Positions 23,115-37,197 of a DNA stretch of 64,000 nucleotides are shown here, piece after piece. The DNA is from Tubiluchus corallicola (taxonomy: Eukaryota; Animalia; Priapulida): positions 234,626 through 298,625 of the forward strand of contig JAQGDQ010000286.1 of assembly GCA_030141605.1 (NCBI GenBank), in the 5' to 3' direction. The position numbers were made by a program, and so were the translations under genes. The notes under the pieces are model-generated. The model did no database searches. It had not been told where the DNA came from and saw only the letters and a list, made by a program, of their open reading frames with translations. Each line of letters opens with the position of its first letter. Position 1 is the stretch's first letter.

Positions 23115-26100
23115 ATGGCGCGCTCCTATGAGGTTGTAGACTTGTGGTTCGTTATTCGTGGGACGGGAATGAGTTTTCTCGTTTTGAAATGGACGGAAAG
23201 CCAAAGCCATTTAATTATGAATTAGAACTTTTTGTATCTGTGTAAGAAAAGTTTAATATTATTCTCTGTTTACGAAAATAATTTAAAAAATACATTGGAT
23301 TTATTAGAAACGTCTGCAAACACCGAGTTTTGTACAGCATGATACTACTAGTACCCTTAGTTATAGATGCCTATGTTTTTGCTCTATGTATGTGTATATA
23401 CTGTATATAATATATCAAGTCGTTATAATCTTTCTACTTAAAGTGCAAGCGCCACAAATAAGTTGTTTTGAGAATGAGTGTATGATATACCCTAATTTTG
23501 GGTTTCGTAATCTTACACAATGCCTACCAAAATTAAAACAACAATAATATTGATGGGGGTAGCTGCAAAGGTGAGTTAAAGTGTTCCCTTGACAAATGTT
23601 TCATCTTGATAGGCCTATAAATGTAATTCTAGTACCAGATATCTGAATGTAGATACTGCAGCATTCTTTTAGGAATAGACATAACCATAGACATAGACAA
23701 TATTATTGGAGCGGACATCGATATAACACTATCTGGCCTACGTTTATACGATTCTTATCCAATGTCAGGTCACTACTGTTCTAAATTTTGCAGTATCTGA
23801 CATTTGCACAAAATACAAGGCATGTGAAGACTTGTAGATCATTCCCCTGGATGACTCAACATTGGATAAATGAATGTTTAAAGCATTCCTTGTTGCACCC
23901 CTAGTGCCATAGTTTAGATTTTTAATGCATGTATAAATTTTAAAAAAAATTATTTTTATTTGGCTTTGAGCTGATGTAAGCTGACAAACTAAACTGGTAT
24001 TGGTCATGTTGAAGCTTATATTGATACGAATTATTGCTTTCCTTGGTAAATAATGTATCACATTAATGTCTACATGATGATGTAAGATTTGGTCAATGGT
24101 GTATAAAATGTTGTTCTGTACGTCACTTTTCTAAGCTTAGCCTCTCAAGAGAGTCTAACATAGATGTTATGCTCGCATCTTTATGGTGATATACATTATG
24201 CACAAATCTTGCCGATCTACACTGTACTCATTCAAGTTCAAGAATGTTGTGGCTCATGTATGGATCCAATACTGAAGAAGCGTATTCTAATTTTAGCCTT
24301 AATATTGACTGCATAGTCTTTGATAGCTTTTGGACACTCCTTGAAATTTCTGCTACTTTAGTTGCTACTTTGTGAATTTGTGAACTCCATTTTAAATCTT
24401 ACGAAATTGTGATGCATAAATCTTAAATTGATGAGACCAAATTTAATGGTTTATGTCTAGTATTCAACATATTGGCGATCTGTAACAGTGGAATGAGTAT
24501 GCGAAAAACATATTTAAAACTAAAACATAGTCACACTTGTCAAAGTTAGAATGTATTAGCCAATCCTGCTCCCATTTATGTGATGTATCCAAGTGTTTTT
24601 AAAATCCAGTTATTATCAGATTTGAGACAATGATGCATAATATAATCATCAGTAGAAAGCCTTCTGTCAGTAGAAACCCATCATGAGACTTTAACAGCAA
24701 GATTATGCATGTCAAAAATAACCAGTTTCAAATTCCCAATACTGTCTGTTGTGGAACTCAGAAATTAAATCAATAGGCTCAGAACAGGCTCCAGCCAGAA
24801 CAATGCTCTGTGCCTTTTCAATCAAAAATGGTCTTTTCCAAGACTACAACAAACCTTTACAGAATAAGATGTTGATATAATGGCTGATACTTCACAAGGG
24901 CCAGTATTGGGTGCTTTTGTCAGTTTTGATGTTTTTGCTGTACTCTGTGAATTATTTCCAAGAGAATATGTAGACAATTTTATGTTTAAGATGTAATTTA
25001 GTATAGTTGTTAAATTAGCAAAATTAATTATACTCTCTATAGCTTGAAGCTTTTAGAAAAAGTTGCTTGACTGTCATTACTTGCCTTAATCAGCAGATTA
25101 ATGTGCAGAAATTCTTTTATTTTGATAGGTGACAAAGTGTGCAGTGGGAATTCCTATAAATAGACTACTCAGTATGTTGTGTTACAAAAGATTGAAATAT
25201 CTATTAAAATTTGTTACTCGACATAACATTGGGAATGAATCAGGAAAGTCTGTGCAATGGAAGCCAAACTTACATATGATACATTCTTGCTCTAGTTGCC
25301 ATTCGTTGTGTCAGAGCTTATTCCAGAATGTGTTCCATTTCTGCAGTGTTAATTTTGGTTCACGTTTAGCGCACACTTCTTTCTACTTGCCTCCTCCGGT
25401 ACTTGATTATGATTACCTTCTAGCTGACAAAAATGTGTCAAAGATAGAGGAGAATGTGACAAATCGCAAAGGTGTGGGAAATATCCATACTCTGGTGAGC
25501 TATTTTTCCACATCCATTTTCAGCGAGCACTAGTTTTACTGAACAGATTTTACTGCATTCAATAGCACTTGCCATTTTCAGATTGCTAAGCTTCTCCTAG
25601 TAGCTAGTTGTACTTATACTTTATTATATATGTAAGTTATGTGCTTTGCAGTCTACTAAGTTTTCCTTATATTGATTTCTACAGCAAAAATTTATATTAA
25701 TGCACCCTTTCATGAAGTCGTTGCAGTACTTTTCCAATCATAATTTATATCTTATCTGTTAGGCATTTGTATAACTGACCAAAGGCTGCCACTGAATTGG
25801 AATCTGTTTATCTGCTTTAGTTCTGGATAATGGTGCCATTAAAGTCAGCGCTTACAACATTTTTTACTGTATGAAAAGTACCAAAATATATACTTAATGC
25901 TCAAGGCATGGTACTACATACATTGAAATATATGTTAACATAGGTTTTTTTATTATTATTTCAAGCAACATTTACATAAGAAAAAACTGAGTCTTCAAAA
26001 ACAGCTGCAAAATACAGAAGACGACTGTCTAAAGGTGAGCTTATAATATATTTAATTTTGTAAGTTAAAAGAATAATTCCTTTTGACTTTTCAGCGAATG

Positions 26101-29100
26101 TTCAGATAAAATTCAAGTATTGCAAGATTTGAACTTGCTGTTATCATGTTTGCTAAATCTGTTGGAAAATTGTAATTTTAAAAATCATCCATGAACAATT
26201 GTTCAGTTTATAGTTCAGAAACAATTCTGTACTATTATGTAAGTATCTCTCCTAACTTGATGCTACATGTTTACCTAATGTTACTTTACTGCGTGACTAT
26301 GTCACTTTAATTCAAGCAAAATTATTATTCAAAAATCCTCAATGATTAACTAAATTCTCATTTAGTTTACAGTTTATTTAAAGTTGTCTTCGGATCAGTT
26401 ATCTTGTACCCGATGACACACGATTTAGTGCACTGTAAAATATGTATATGAGCAGGCAATCACAAATGTGAAAATACAATGTCAAATTAATAGTGAGATA
26501 TGTATAACATAGTATAATATGTATAATAATATTAATAGTATAATATGTTTTACAGGGTAGAGGTGCTGACAGCTAAACTTTATAGGTCTAAAATGAATCT
26601 AACTTGCTGTCCAACTTCTAGTCTTATAAACAAAAATTATTTCAATTTCAGATTTCTAAAACTAAATTAATCATTTTTGAGGGCATTGTCGGAATCAATG
26701 TTTTAGCACAACGTAGCGATCATGAGCATATGAGTATCAGATCATTAATAATTAATATTAATCAGATTAATAATCAGATAAAAGTCAACTGTAAAATCAA
26801 CATGCTGTTGTGGTACCATAAAAATTACTTTATACAAAAAGCAGACTTTTTATTTTCAGAATGAACTGAAAGATGTCTGTGATAAGCTTACAGAGGCTGC
26901 ACTACTTATTCCAAATAAGACCCATCCTGACGTGGTGAGCTAATTTTTTATACTAAGTATTTTATGTTTAACAAGTTGAACAAAGAGTTTTTTAACACCT
27001 TTGCACACATGCATGCATTTGCTAGTGTTATGTTGTGCTGTATTTCATTTTCTTAAGCACTGATGGTATGAATGCACAAAGATATATTCTCATACTTGAC
27101 ACTGTGACCTTCATTCATTTTGGAAATGCACTAAATGTTCATCTGTTGCTTACGAGTTGCATAAGTTAATCAAGTTTACGAGCTTTATGTTAAGTAGATT
27201 TATAGAGGCTTTGGAAATTCAAAGTTCTAGAAGAAGTTTTAAAACATTGAAGTTGAATATCTTTCAGACACAAGCACTAAACCAATAGTGTGCAAAATTT
27301 TTGTCAAGGTTGCTGTTACAATAAAATTATTTTAAACAATTGTGGGTAAAAAGATTCAATCATATTTAGGTCTGTGAACCTGATGCTCTTCCTGTGATAA
27401 CTGAGACTATCGGAGAGAAGCCAGGTAAGATATTGTGTCACACAACAGTTTATTTCATATTTTCAGAGTAAAAGTCTCAGAAATTATTTTAAACATTATG
27501 TAATAAGAGATGTAATTGTTTGATGTTGTTCCTTATGGGTGCTGATGGTTTTGGGTATCAATATAATTTTCACAAAAATTTAATGTTACTTATGAAAACC
27601 AATGAGCATTTCTGTCAGTTACACTAAACTTGGTAATTGTGATGTTTAATTTTATGTGGAAATGATCACTAGATATTCTTTCAAATAAAAGATAGATAAG
27701 CCAGTTTTCATAAAAATTGTTTAGCTTCTAATGCTATACTTAGGTGGATTATCCATTTGTTTGGAATATTAAATTTATTTCTTGATTTATTTTAAGAGTT
27801 CTCTTTCAAACCGAAAGAATTTCATGAGATTGCAGAAAAGCTTGGTCTACTCAGAACTGAGTAAGTACAAGTATTTCTTATGCAATTGATTGTCATCACT
27901 GTACCAGCTTTTGTTCTTCTTTAGAACGCTCTTAATTTTCAAATCAACCTTTTCACATGTTGGATTACTGCAGCAACAATATTGCCTTGATGCAGAGTAG
28001 AATCAGAAATACACCAAGATCTTTTCTTGTAATGTCTGATAGAAGTATAAACTAAATAAGCTAAAGCTTAGGGCCTCACAATCTGCATGGGGCCTAAAGG
28101 AGATTCCAAATTGGGTTTTATACTCATTTTTATAATTAAGAAATGTATTAGTCATAAAATAATAAAATAATTTATATTGTTCACTTTGCTATTAAATTAT
28201 TAAAAGGCATATATATGTTTTTAAGTTTTCTTTGACCAGACGAAGTAATTTTAATAAAGAGGATTTTTAGAGTAATTTTGCACTCTGTTGCAGAAATGTC
28301 GGTAACTTGACCGGAACACGCACTTATTATCTCAAGAATGAACTTGCTGAAATGGAACATGCTTTAACTAGATTCACTGTTGACAGATTAAAATTGAAGG
28401 TCTTACAATAGTTTATAATTTTTCTCACTTATTGTACTTTTCTTTTGTGAGAATTTAATAGTAAAAGACATTTTTACTAGCTGACATATTGTGGTCAATG
28501 TTTTGTCGGATCTGATAATGCCATTCACTTTATTTACATAACTTCTTGATTAATTACTCTTCTGTCTATAATTTACTCTATTGTATCAATGCAAATCAGC
28601 GTTTCAGAGCTTTAGAGAATGTAATCTGCTTTAATAGCATTATCAGTTAATGAACTGTCGTTTGGTAAACTTGTTTATTAATGTAGCGTTACACCTTCTT
28701 ATATGTAGCAGTTAGTATTAATTTTTTTTTACTATATTATAGTAATTATGTAGCTAAAGTAATTAGTGATTCTCTAGGCATTTGCTTATTGTCTTTTTTA
28801 ACTTGACTACTATATTAACTGTACAAATACCTTTAATTTTTTTATTCTTTTGAAAGCATTCTTGTTTTATTAAAAAAAATTATTCCTTTGGCTATAAACT
28901 TTTGATATTCCCTAACTAAACTGGTAAACGTTTTAAATTACCAAAAAAATGTTCAGATGTTATTCTGCTTTTGACAGATTGTTTTATTCTTATAGGGATA
29001 TGCTTTAGTATCAGTTCCAGACTTACTACATCCAAAGATAATAGTAAGTATTTGAAGATGTGTAATGGAAATCTGATGAAGTGTGAACATTCAAGTTTGA

Positions 29101-32100
29101 CACCGTATAATGTACATAAAAATTTGATTACATTTTGCCTGTTGTAGGTTATTTACCAAATTTTTCTTTTCCAAATACAAAAGAAAATCTGATTTTTTAA
29201 TATGTATATATATTTATAGATATATTAAGCTTTTTTAAGTGTTTTACTTTGCTCAAGAAATAACTGTCATGTTTTCTTTTTGATGTTGACAACTCATAAA
29301 TTTTTTTTTTGCTCATGAATAGTCGGGCAACTTGCATCTTTATGTGTTTTTCCATACTTTGTTGTTTGGTCCTAACTGTGACTGTCAGACTTGTTTCTGA
29401 AATTACTATATTTTGTATGGTAAATGTATTCAATGCATCTGTGAAAGACTGTATTATTATACATATACGAGCTTTCCGTAGGTGAGTGTCTTGATAGTTT
29501 AAGCTAAGATGCAAAGCCGAAACTTATCTTGAGATTTTGATTTACAAAGTCATTAATAATAAAAATGACCATCTAGACAAATAACTGGAAACAATTTCGG
29601 CTTCTCGTTATCGCATCTTTAATCCCATTATCACTTGCTGACGTGTCAAAAAAAGATCTGCTTTTGTAAACTGGCTTTTATGTTTTGGGCGTGTGCATCC
29701 ATATTAACTGGACGCCCATTAATTGTTGCTTTAAAATGCTTAAAGGATCAAAAAGGAAATTTAGATTATATCCCAAGGAAATTTCCATACGAAGTTGTGT
29801 TGCCTAGCATTACTTAGCATTAAAAGACTTATGTAATTAAAAAAGAAAATTCTTAACAATTGAAAATGATTGTGTCACCTGGTAAAACATCACTGTACAG
29901 CCATCCCAGTATGTGCCAGAGATTCACCAAAAAATGCATTGTTGATCTTAATGACAAAGTAAAGAAATTTAAACTTTTTATTAGCTAGAGAAGAGTGTGC
30001 TACAAATGCTTATTTTTTTAAACTTTATACAATGTTATCTAAACTTCTTTTTCAAACGACTAAAAATGCCCATACCTAACGGTCATCGTGGGAGTTTACA
30101 GGGTTACTGCTAATGTAAGCTCTACGTATAATAAGACGGCATGCAAGTGATATAAAATTTCAAGATCAATTTTTTAAGCTGTGTTTATGAAGAATGTTTT
30201 CACGTGCTTTAAAGAATAAATTTGTTAATGTTTGATGTCTGCAGGGATTATTGATGTACTAAATTAAAGTAAATTTACAGGAAGCCTGTGGTATGCCAAC
30301 AACTGGTGAAAAAACGTTGGTTTATAGGCTTGACAAAAACCTTCACGGAATTGATGTCTGTCTTTCTGGTACTGCTGAAATGGCACTTGCAGGTAAACTC
30401 AGTGCTTTTTACACAAGGAAGGTGGCATATAAATTCTAAAGGCATTTCATTCGAGTGACTTGCCAGTGGTTTTGATAATGTCTTAAAACCTATGAAGATT
30501 TTTCTCCTTGCAACTCATAATTATATAGTTTTCCCAGGGCATTTTTAAAGAAATAGAATTTTTCGTTTTAGAATTCTGCCTGCCCAATGTCTACGATTGA
30601 CGTAATTGGCGTAAAATGATGATGTCTCTGAGCATGCACGTAAAAAGCTAAAACTGCCAAGAAAGAAATTTAGACTATTTATGAATGCAGAAAATACTGG
30701 TTATTATCGCTTATTATTGGCGCATGTGTTGTATATTAACCGGTGAAAATATATTGGTATAAAAGCAAAATTTCTTGTACTCAAGTTGTAACATGAATTG
30801 CTTATCAAATAGGAACTAATGTATGCAGAAATGCATAAGCAACACGACCAAAAATGAATACCACAGTTTTGTACTATTAAGATAACCTATCCCAAAAATG
30901 AAGTTAGTATGTAGTTTAAATCATTAAATTTAACTCATGGGTGCAATAAAATTTCTAGAATTTGTCTGCTATATTTGAATTACATATCTTTGCTCATCAG
31001 GCTGTAAACTTACTGCTGGATCTTAAGTTAGTTGTTTGGCACTCTTACAATAATTTCTTGTACATTTGTATAGAGCTATATTTTGTAACTCCAAGATTTG
31101 TAGAAAACATGATTGCCTTTTAACTGCTAGTTTGAATTGTGGTGAATGCATTTTCCACATTTTTGTTTTTTGTCGAAAAAATTTCAGCAAATTGTCACTA
31201 TGTTTTTAAAAGGTTGATTTTTTAGGTTTCTTCATGAACAAAAGCCTGCATATTGATGAACTGCCTAAAAAGTAAGTGCATTTTGCAAAATTCTATGTAT
31301 GCATAATAAAAAAAAATAAATATGAAAAGAGGTTCACTTATATTCTTAAAAGATTGTTGTAGTCAGGATAATAATGTATGTGATTAGTGATTTATCAAAA
31401 ATTCCATATTATATGTTTATTTTCTGAAGTGACTAGCATCGTCTAGCACTAATAATTTTATTCATCCACTAGCTTTTAAGTAGTCCTAAAAATTTCAAGC
31501 ATCTTGTCTGGTTAGCGCATTATTTAGCACATTGTTCTCTTTAACCAATTGTTTGTGTCTAGTGTCATTGTTCTCTTTTTATCTCATTGTTTGTGTCTAG
31601 TCTCATGGCAGTCAGCAGATGTTACCGAGCTGAAATCTCGACTGCAGTGGAGGAGAAGGGATTATACAGAGTGCATCAATTTACAAAGGTAATTTATACT
31701 GCTCATTAACTATCAACACAACTGTACACCGTGGAACAAACCCAGAATTAATTAAATTTTGATATTAAACATCAAAGACAGGAAATCTAAAAAAATTGGG
31801 ATACACTCTGGATTTGAATCAGGAACTTTTTTCTTACCAAGCAGATGCTTTAAACCACTCGACCACCGTACAACCATTGAGCAAGGCAATCTAATGTTCA
31901 TCCCTGTAGCTGGCCAACCAAACTCAGCCTTTCTAATGTTAGGACGCTCACTAGAGTGAATCTAACTGTAGGTATGAACTTTCTACTGCATTGACAACTG
32001 GGAGATAGTGACCAAGTGGTCTAAGGAATCTGTGACGTGAGCAGTGTTTCATCATTAATAATAATCACGACATTAAGATTATCAAAACTAACGACCCGTA

Positions 32101-35100
32101 GAAATTTCAGTCTTAAAATTAACCACAATGAATTTAATTAATTAGTTAAGCTCTTTCTATAGTGAGTGATCTAACATTGGAAATGCTGAATTCAGTTGGT
32201 CATCTATAGGGATGAACTTGTAAGGCCTTGACCACTGTGAGATACAGTGGCTGAGTAGTCTACGGTGTCTGCCTTGTAAGCAAAAGTGCCCTGGTTCAAA
32301 TCCGGGCTCTATCCTAACTTTTCGCATTTCCTGTCTTTCAAGTTTAGTATCAAAATTTAATGAATTGTGGATTTGTACCATCATTAATAATAATCTTGAC
32401 ATTAATGTTACTATAAGTAATTATACTTGTTCTTTAATGCGTGGGCGTGTTGCTTGCCCACACATTTAATTGACATGCGTACGCAAGAGATTGATAAAGT
32501 TACTCAAATAGTGAAGCAAATAATGGGTGCCATGTTGTTGGACAAAACGGTATTATTTACTATTAGGCAAACAACAGATGCCATTTTGTTAGGCAAAAAC
32601 AGCATTCTGTTTAAGGCAACAGCGGCATTCTGAAGACAAAGTATTGATGCTATGCAGGCTGGCAATCTTTTTCTCTTGTACAAGCAGCATTTAAATCTGT
32701 GCACATGCCATAAAATATTGCGTAGGCTAATTAAAATGTACGTGTAATTTCAATGCACTGTTCTTTGCACGATTTAGCAGCAGTGTTCTACTTTTTGTCA
32801 TTCGGGGAGTTCTGTATTTAAGTAAGTCTTTTAATTGTAAGAATGGTAATTACATTCTAGTAACCGGTTATGCCTGTTTATTATTAACAAGCCGATGCTG
32901 GTACCGAAGCCCATTAGCGAATTTTTTGATATTTTTGATATAGAGTTTTAACTTTCCTAACAATGACTTACCTTCTGCATTGAAGTAGCATTTTTAGCAA
33001 CTCTGAAAGACTGCAATGTGTAGTCATTGTTTAATATAGGTAGAAATGTTTTCAGTCACTGCTGATGAAACAGGTGAAGAGAGTAATCGAAAGCTAGATG
33101 AAATTGTTGCAACACAAAAAGAGCTTTTCCAAGATCTGGGATTAAACTTTGTGTGAGTTTTTATACGTCATATGAGGCATTTATAATGTATGGAAAACTG
33201 TGAACAACATTAAATTTTTTTGTACAAATCTCTTAATTATTAAATTAAATTAAATTGCTAACGATTAAATTAAGGCCTTCACAAATGTACTAGAGGAATT
33301 TTTCTACTAAATTAAGTATCGATTAAATGAAATATTCCTGCAGTACTTTTAAGTTTTGCCACCACAATTCATTCAAGATAAACAAACCATCAAACTCCTT
33401 TGTAGTTAATTTAATTGTAGAATCAAATGGAACAGCAGTTATTTGATATGTTCCTTTTTCAAATTTAAATTTTATTTGCTGCAGTAACTGCAGTTTTTAT
33501 ATTTACATGTACTTGAATATTGATTTAGTTTCTATGAATTTATGTTTAAAATTCTCATTGAATTTTGTCATTTCTCAAATAATAAAGAAATTTCTGTTTC
33601 TTTGTTTGCAAAATTATCATTCTTCTTCACCTAAAATTCATTGTGCAAGATGCATCTTCTGCCTCCAACACTCTTAATTTAAATCAGTATTAATTAGTTT
33701 CATTCATTCTGTTTCTACTCATTGATTTGTACCTCCCAGGCTGTTGGACATGCCTTCTCATGAACTCGGAGCGGCGGCCTACAGAAAATATGATATAGAA
33801 GCCTGGATGCCAGGACGGAACATGTATGGAGAGGTCGGTGTGCTAAAATTAATTTCAGCTGTAATAATTATGACACAGAACTAAACATGAAATGGTAATT
33901 TAGGTGATAATAGAGATATTTTTTTTCAAACTAACAGAAGAAGCGGATTCAAATTTATAAAAAAACACTAAGTACTAAAAAAACTCCCATCTCAGCCCCT
34001 CCGTTTTATTTTATTTTGTTCAGGAACTCCCGCTCCGTTAGGTAGCTAAGTCACATATATTTTTTATACAATTGTTATAAAAAATTAAAAATTATAATTA
34101 TAATATATGATTTACTAATAATTTACTATATATTTACTTGAACATTTTATTTTCTTACTTATTATTTATCCTAAAAATCCATTAGCATTCGTGTAATGGA
34201 CATACTGTATGAAAAGTTCAGTTTTTCCTAGCAAACAAAGGCAATTTGGTGTCAACCTATCAGGATCGTCCCAGGAATTAGAACCCAACCAAATGGCAAC
34301 TCTAACTTTACTGTAGTTTGGACCTCTCCGTTTGTACTTGTTTGGACATTACCAGACATTTGAATAGGGCTATCTTTGCAATTTACCTGTCACCTTTTCC
34401 ACAAGCTTAAGATATCAGAGAATGAGCTTGATTCACCATCTAAACTGGAGACTTAAAACTTTCTGTAATCTGTTTACTGAAGCACTTTAGCCACGTATGA
34501 TTTTAGGCAAATGAGAGAGACAGAAAAGGGTATATTTATTCAACCAGTTACAGGGATGTGATCATCTGTCTGTATTCTTTGTCAGTCTATTTCCTGTGTT
34601 AAACTTTCACTGAACATATTGATTTTATGCAAAGTGCTAAGTTCTTTATTTTCTTCTGTTACTGAAATGTTTAATTTATAATCATACTAAACCTTCACTA
34701 TAATATAAGCTTTTGCAAGCTAAAATCCTACTTTCATTACGAATATTCAGTTTATTTTATTATAAACTTACTGTAGAACTTGTTTCTTTTGATTCTTTAT
34801 CACTTCATTGGTATTGGTATTAAATTTGTGCGAGATGATTGAGTCCCGAGGTCACCAAAGATCACCAAACAAACATTGTAACCAGGGATGCTTTCTGTAC
34901 CTCATACGTCGTTCTCGCTCACGTGCGCAAAAGATACGAAACCTGGCAATCTTAACGGCAACGCACTTGTTCGAAATTCGCCAGAAAAAAGGCAAGTTAT
35001 TTAATTTATAAGTTGCTTTTCTTTGATAATAACTACTAATTTTTGTGTAATCATAGTAGTGTGTTAATAAAACTTCAATGTCTGTTAGGGGTTATTTTTA

Positions 35101-35969
35101 TATGAGCCTTTAACGGTTTAACGAATCTGTAATATGTAATTCAGCTAGGTGACCTTACTTGTTATTCTTGTCAGATTTCCAGTGCCTCGAATTGTACGGA
35201 TTATCAAAGCAGACGACTACACATTACCTACAGGAACCGTGATGGAGTAGAAAAGTTTGCACATACGGTAATGTCATGCTCTGGTACACATTAAACTTAT
35301 GTGGAAACAAAATTGTTGAAAATTTTCAAGTTTGTTAATGTGATTGAAAAATACATTTCAGTTGCTGATAAAACAAACTTGTGAAAGAGAGCAAGTGATA
35401 CAAGCAACATTGTGAGACATTGATGCTTGGTTTAACCCTTTTAAAACTACATACTTATTGTACAATATATCTCAATTTTAGGTTTTTGCAAGCGCACAGA
35501 TTATATCTTTTCAAACAGCTTCTTTTATTCATTTAAATTAGCTAATTTTAATTAAATGACCATTCGCCATTAATAGTTATTGGATGATGCAACCAAGTTC
35601 AATTCTTACTTCTTACTGTTATTGTGACAGTTAATGTGCAGTGACCAATGTCAGTGATATTAAAAGAATACCAAAGGTTGCTAAACTTTACAGGTTAATG
35701 GAACCGGTTGTGCTGTACCAAGAATGCTCATCTCAATTCTAGAAACTTGCCAGTTACAGGTACTGTTTGTTTTCAGCTGCTAATAAAACATTTTTACCAG
35801 TTCATGTTCCCATAAAAGCCAAAACACTCGCCATTGTTTCTTATTGTTTCAGAACGGAGACGTCATGGTGCCCAAAGTGTTACAGCCGTATATGAGAGGA
35901 CGGACAGTAATAAATCAACCAGCCAAAAAAGAACATATGCGATGGATAAAGTTTAAGTCTCAGTCATGA
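23115..35969 (+). CDS. SARS2: Mitochondrial seryl-tRNA synthetase
   Basis: Exons ~(23115-23132 tentative), 25129-25494, 25966-26034, 26860-26934, 27370-27424, 27797-27860, 28294-28399, 28995-29043, 30281-30392, 31226-31271, 31601-31688, 33040-33152, 33740-33833, 35175-35267, 35694-35759, 35853-35969. Class II SerRS motifs [79 protein letters not shown]. Start codon uncertain. Confidence 0.92.
23700..24860 (-). mobile_element. Decayed CR1/L2-type LINE 3' fragment in SARS2 intron 1
   Basis: Minus-strand remnants such as [17 protein letters not shown] and a degenerate RLF(S)ADD-like RT motif, with many stops and frameshifts. Confidence 0.7.
31730..32405. mobile_element. Foldback element with two inverted tRNA-derived (SINE-like) heads
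   Basis: ~31745-31960 is the reverse complement of ~32156-32370; the right arm has A-box tggctgagtag and B-box ggttcaaatcc (~32247-32303). Confidence 0.65.
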
Positions 35970-36918
35970 CAACAGATGTTTTAGTGTTAATATAGGCATG
36001 CTGGTATAAATTTCTGCCAACAATTTAGTGAACATCTTGTTCTTGCTCTTCTTGTTTCACAAAATTATTTTCAGATCTATCTTCAATATATTTTTTACTT
36101 CTTAGAGTAGCATTATGAATGTATTACATTGGTTAATTATCATGTGATACAAATCTGAGCTAGGTTTTTGAGTACACTCGCCTTTTCGTAAACTGAGACA
36201 TATTTCTTAATGTTTTTCATTTCATCAATAAGTTAATATAAATTTAATTATTTTTTCCCTTGTGAAAATTTTAGTCTTGAGTTATATTTTGCATTTGTCG
36301 ATCCCACTTTTTGAAGTAATTAGCTAGATGCTGGTCCCACCACAGCACTGGCAGTCCCTGCCATAAAATACTGGATTCTGCCTTGCAGCATACTGAATAT
36401 CATATACAAAAAATGTATGTAGATATAGGAAAAAAAAACCAACGTTAACCCATTAGCGTCTACTTATGTAGAGAACACATACCAATGAAAAACAAGAAAA
36501 ATTTTTAAATGCCACAGCCTCTAAATAGGCAGTATATATACAGTCAGTAAGATTTTGTGACTATTTATTTATAAATACATTACAAAAAGTCAATATTATC
36601 TATAGGCTAGTGATACCAAACAAAAAATCAGACAAAATTAACATAACTCTCATCATTATTTTAAGGCAAACCATGAATTTAACAACAGCAACTCAACAGA
36701 CTTGTGCTCATTTTGAAACGATACGAAGCGGGACAATTTTTTTTAATACCAAACTCTAAGAAAATTAAATTGCAAAGCATCAATGTCAAAACGGTACTGA
36801 CACTGAAAAGTATTATTGTGCATAGTTGATTTGTGTTACCTGAATAAACTCACCATAGCATCAGCTTCATTCAATTTGTACTTGGGAAGTGACACCAATA
36901 ACAACCTCACGCTTGTCC

Positions 36919-37197
36919 GTCAACATAGTCGAATCTTTCTGTACCGCTGAGTCTGGCCATAACCACATTCAATGTCAACATAGTCAAATCTTTCTGTACC
37001 GCTGAGTCTGGCCATAACCACATTAAATGTCAACATAGTCAAATCTTTCTGTACCACTCTAGGTCTGGCCATAACCACATTCAATGTCAACATAGGCAAA
37101 TCTTTCTGTACCGCTGGGTCTGGTCATAACCACATTCAATGTCAACAGTCAAATCTTTCTGTACCACTCTAGGTCTGGCCATAACCACAATCAATGT
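36919..37197. repeat. ~55-bp minisatellite, 5 copies
   Basis: gtcaacatagtcaaatctttctgtaccgctgagtctggccataaccacattcaat repeated in tandem between the convergent SARS2 and CARM1 3' ends. Confidence 0.95.

Noticed and set aside
32240-32315. tRNA gene
   Set aside because: A and B boxes present but acceptor and anticodon stems imperfect; part of a dispersed inverted repeat, so SINE-like.
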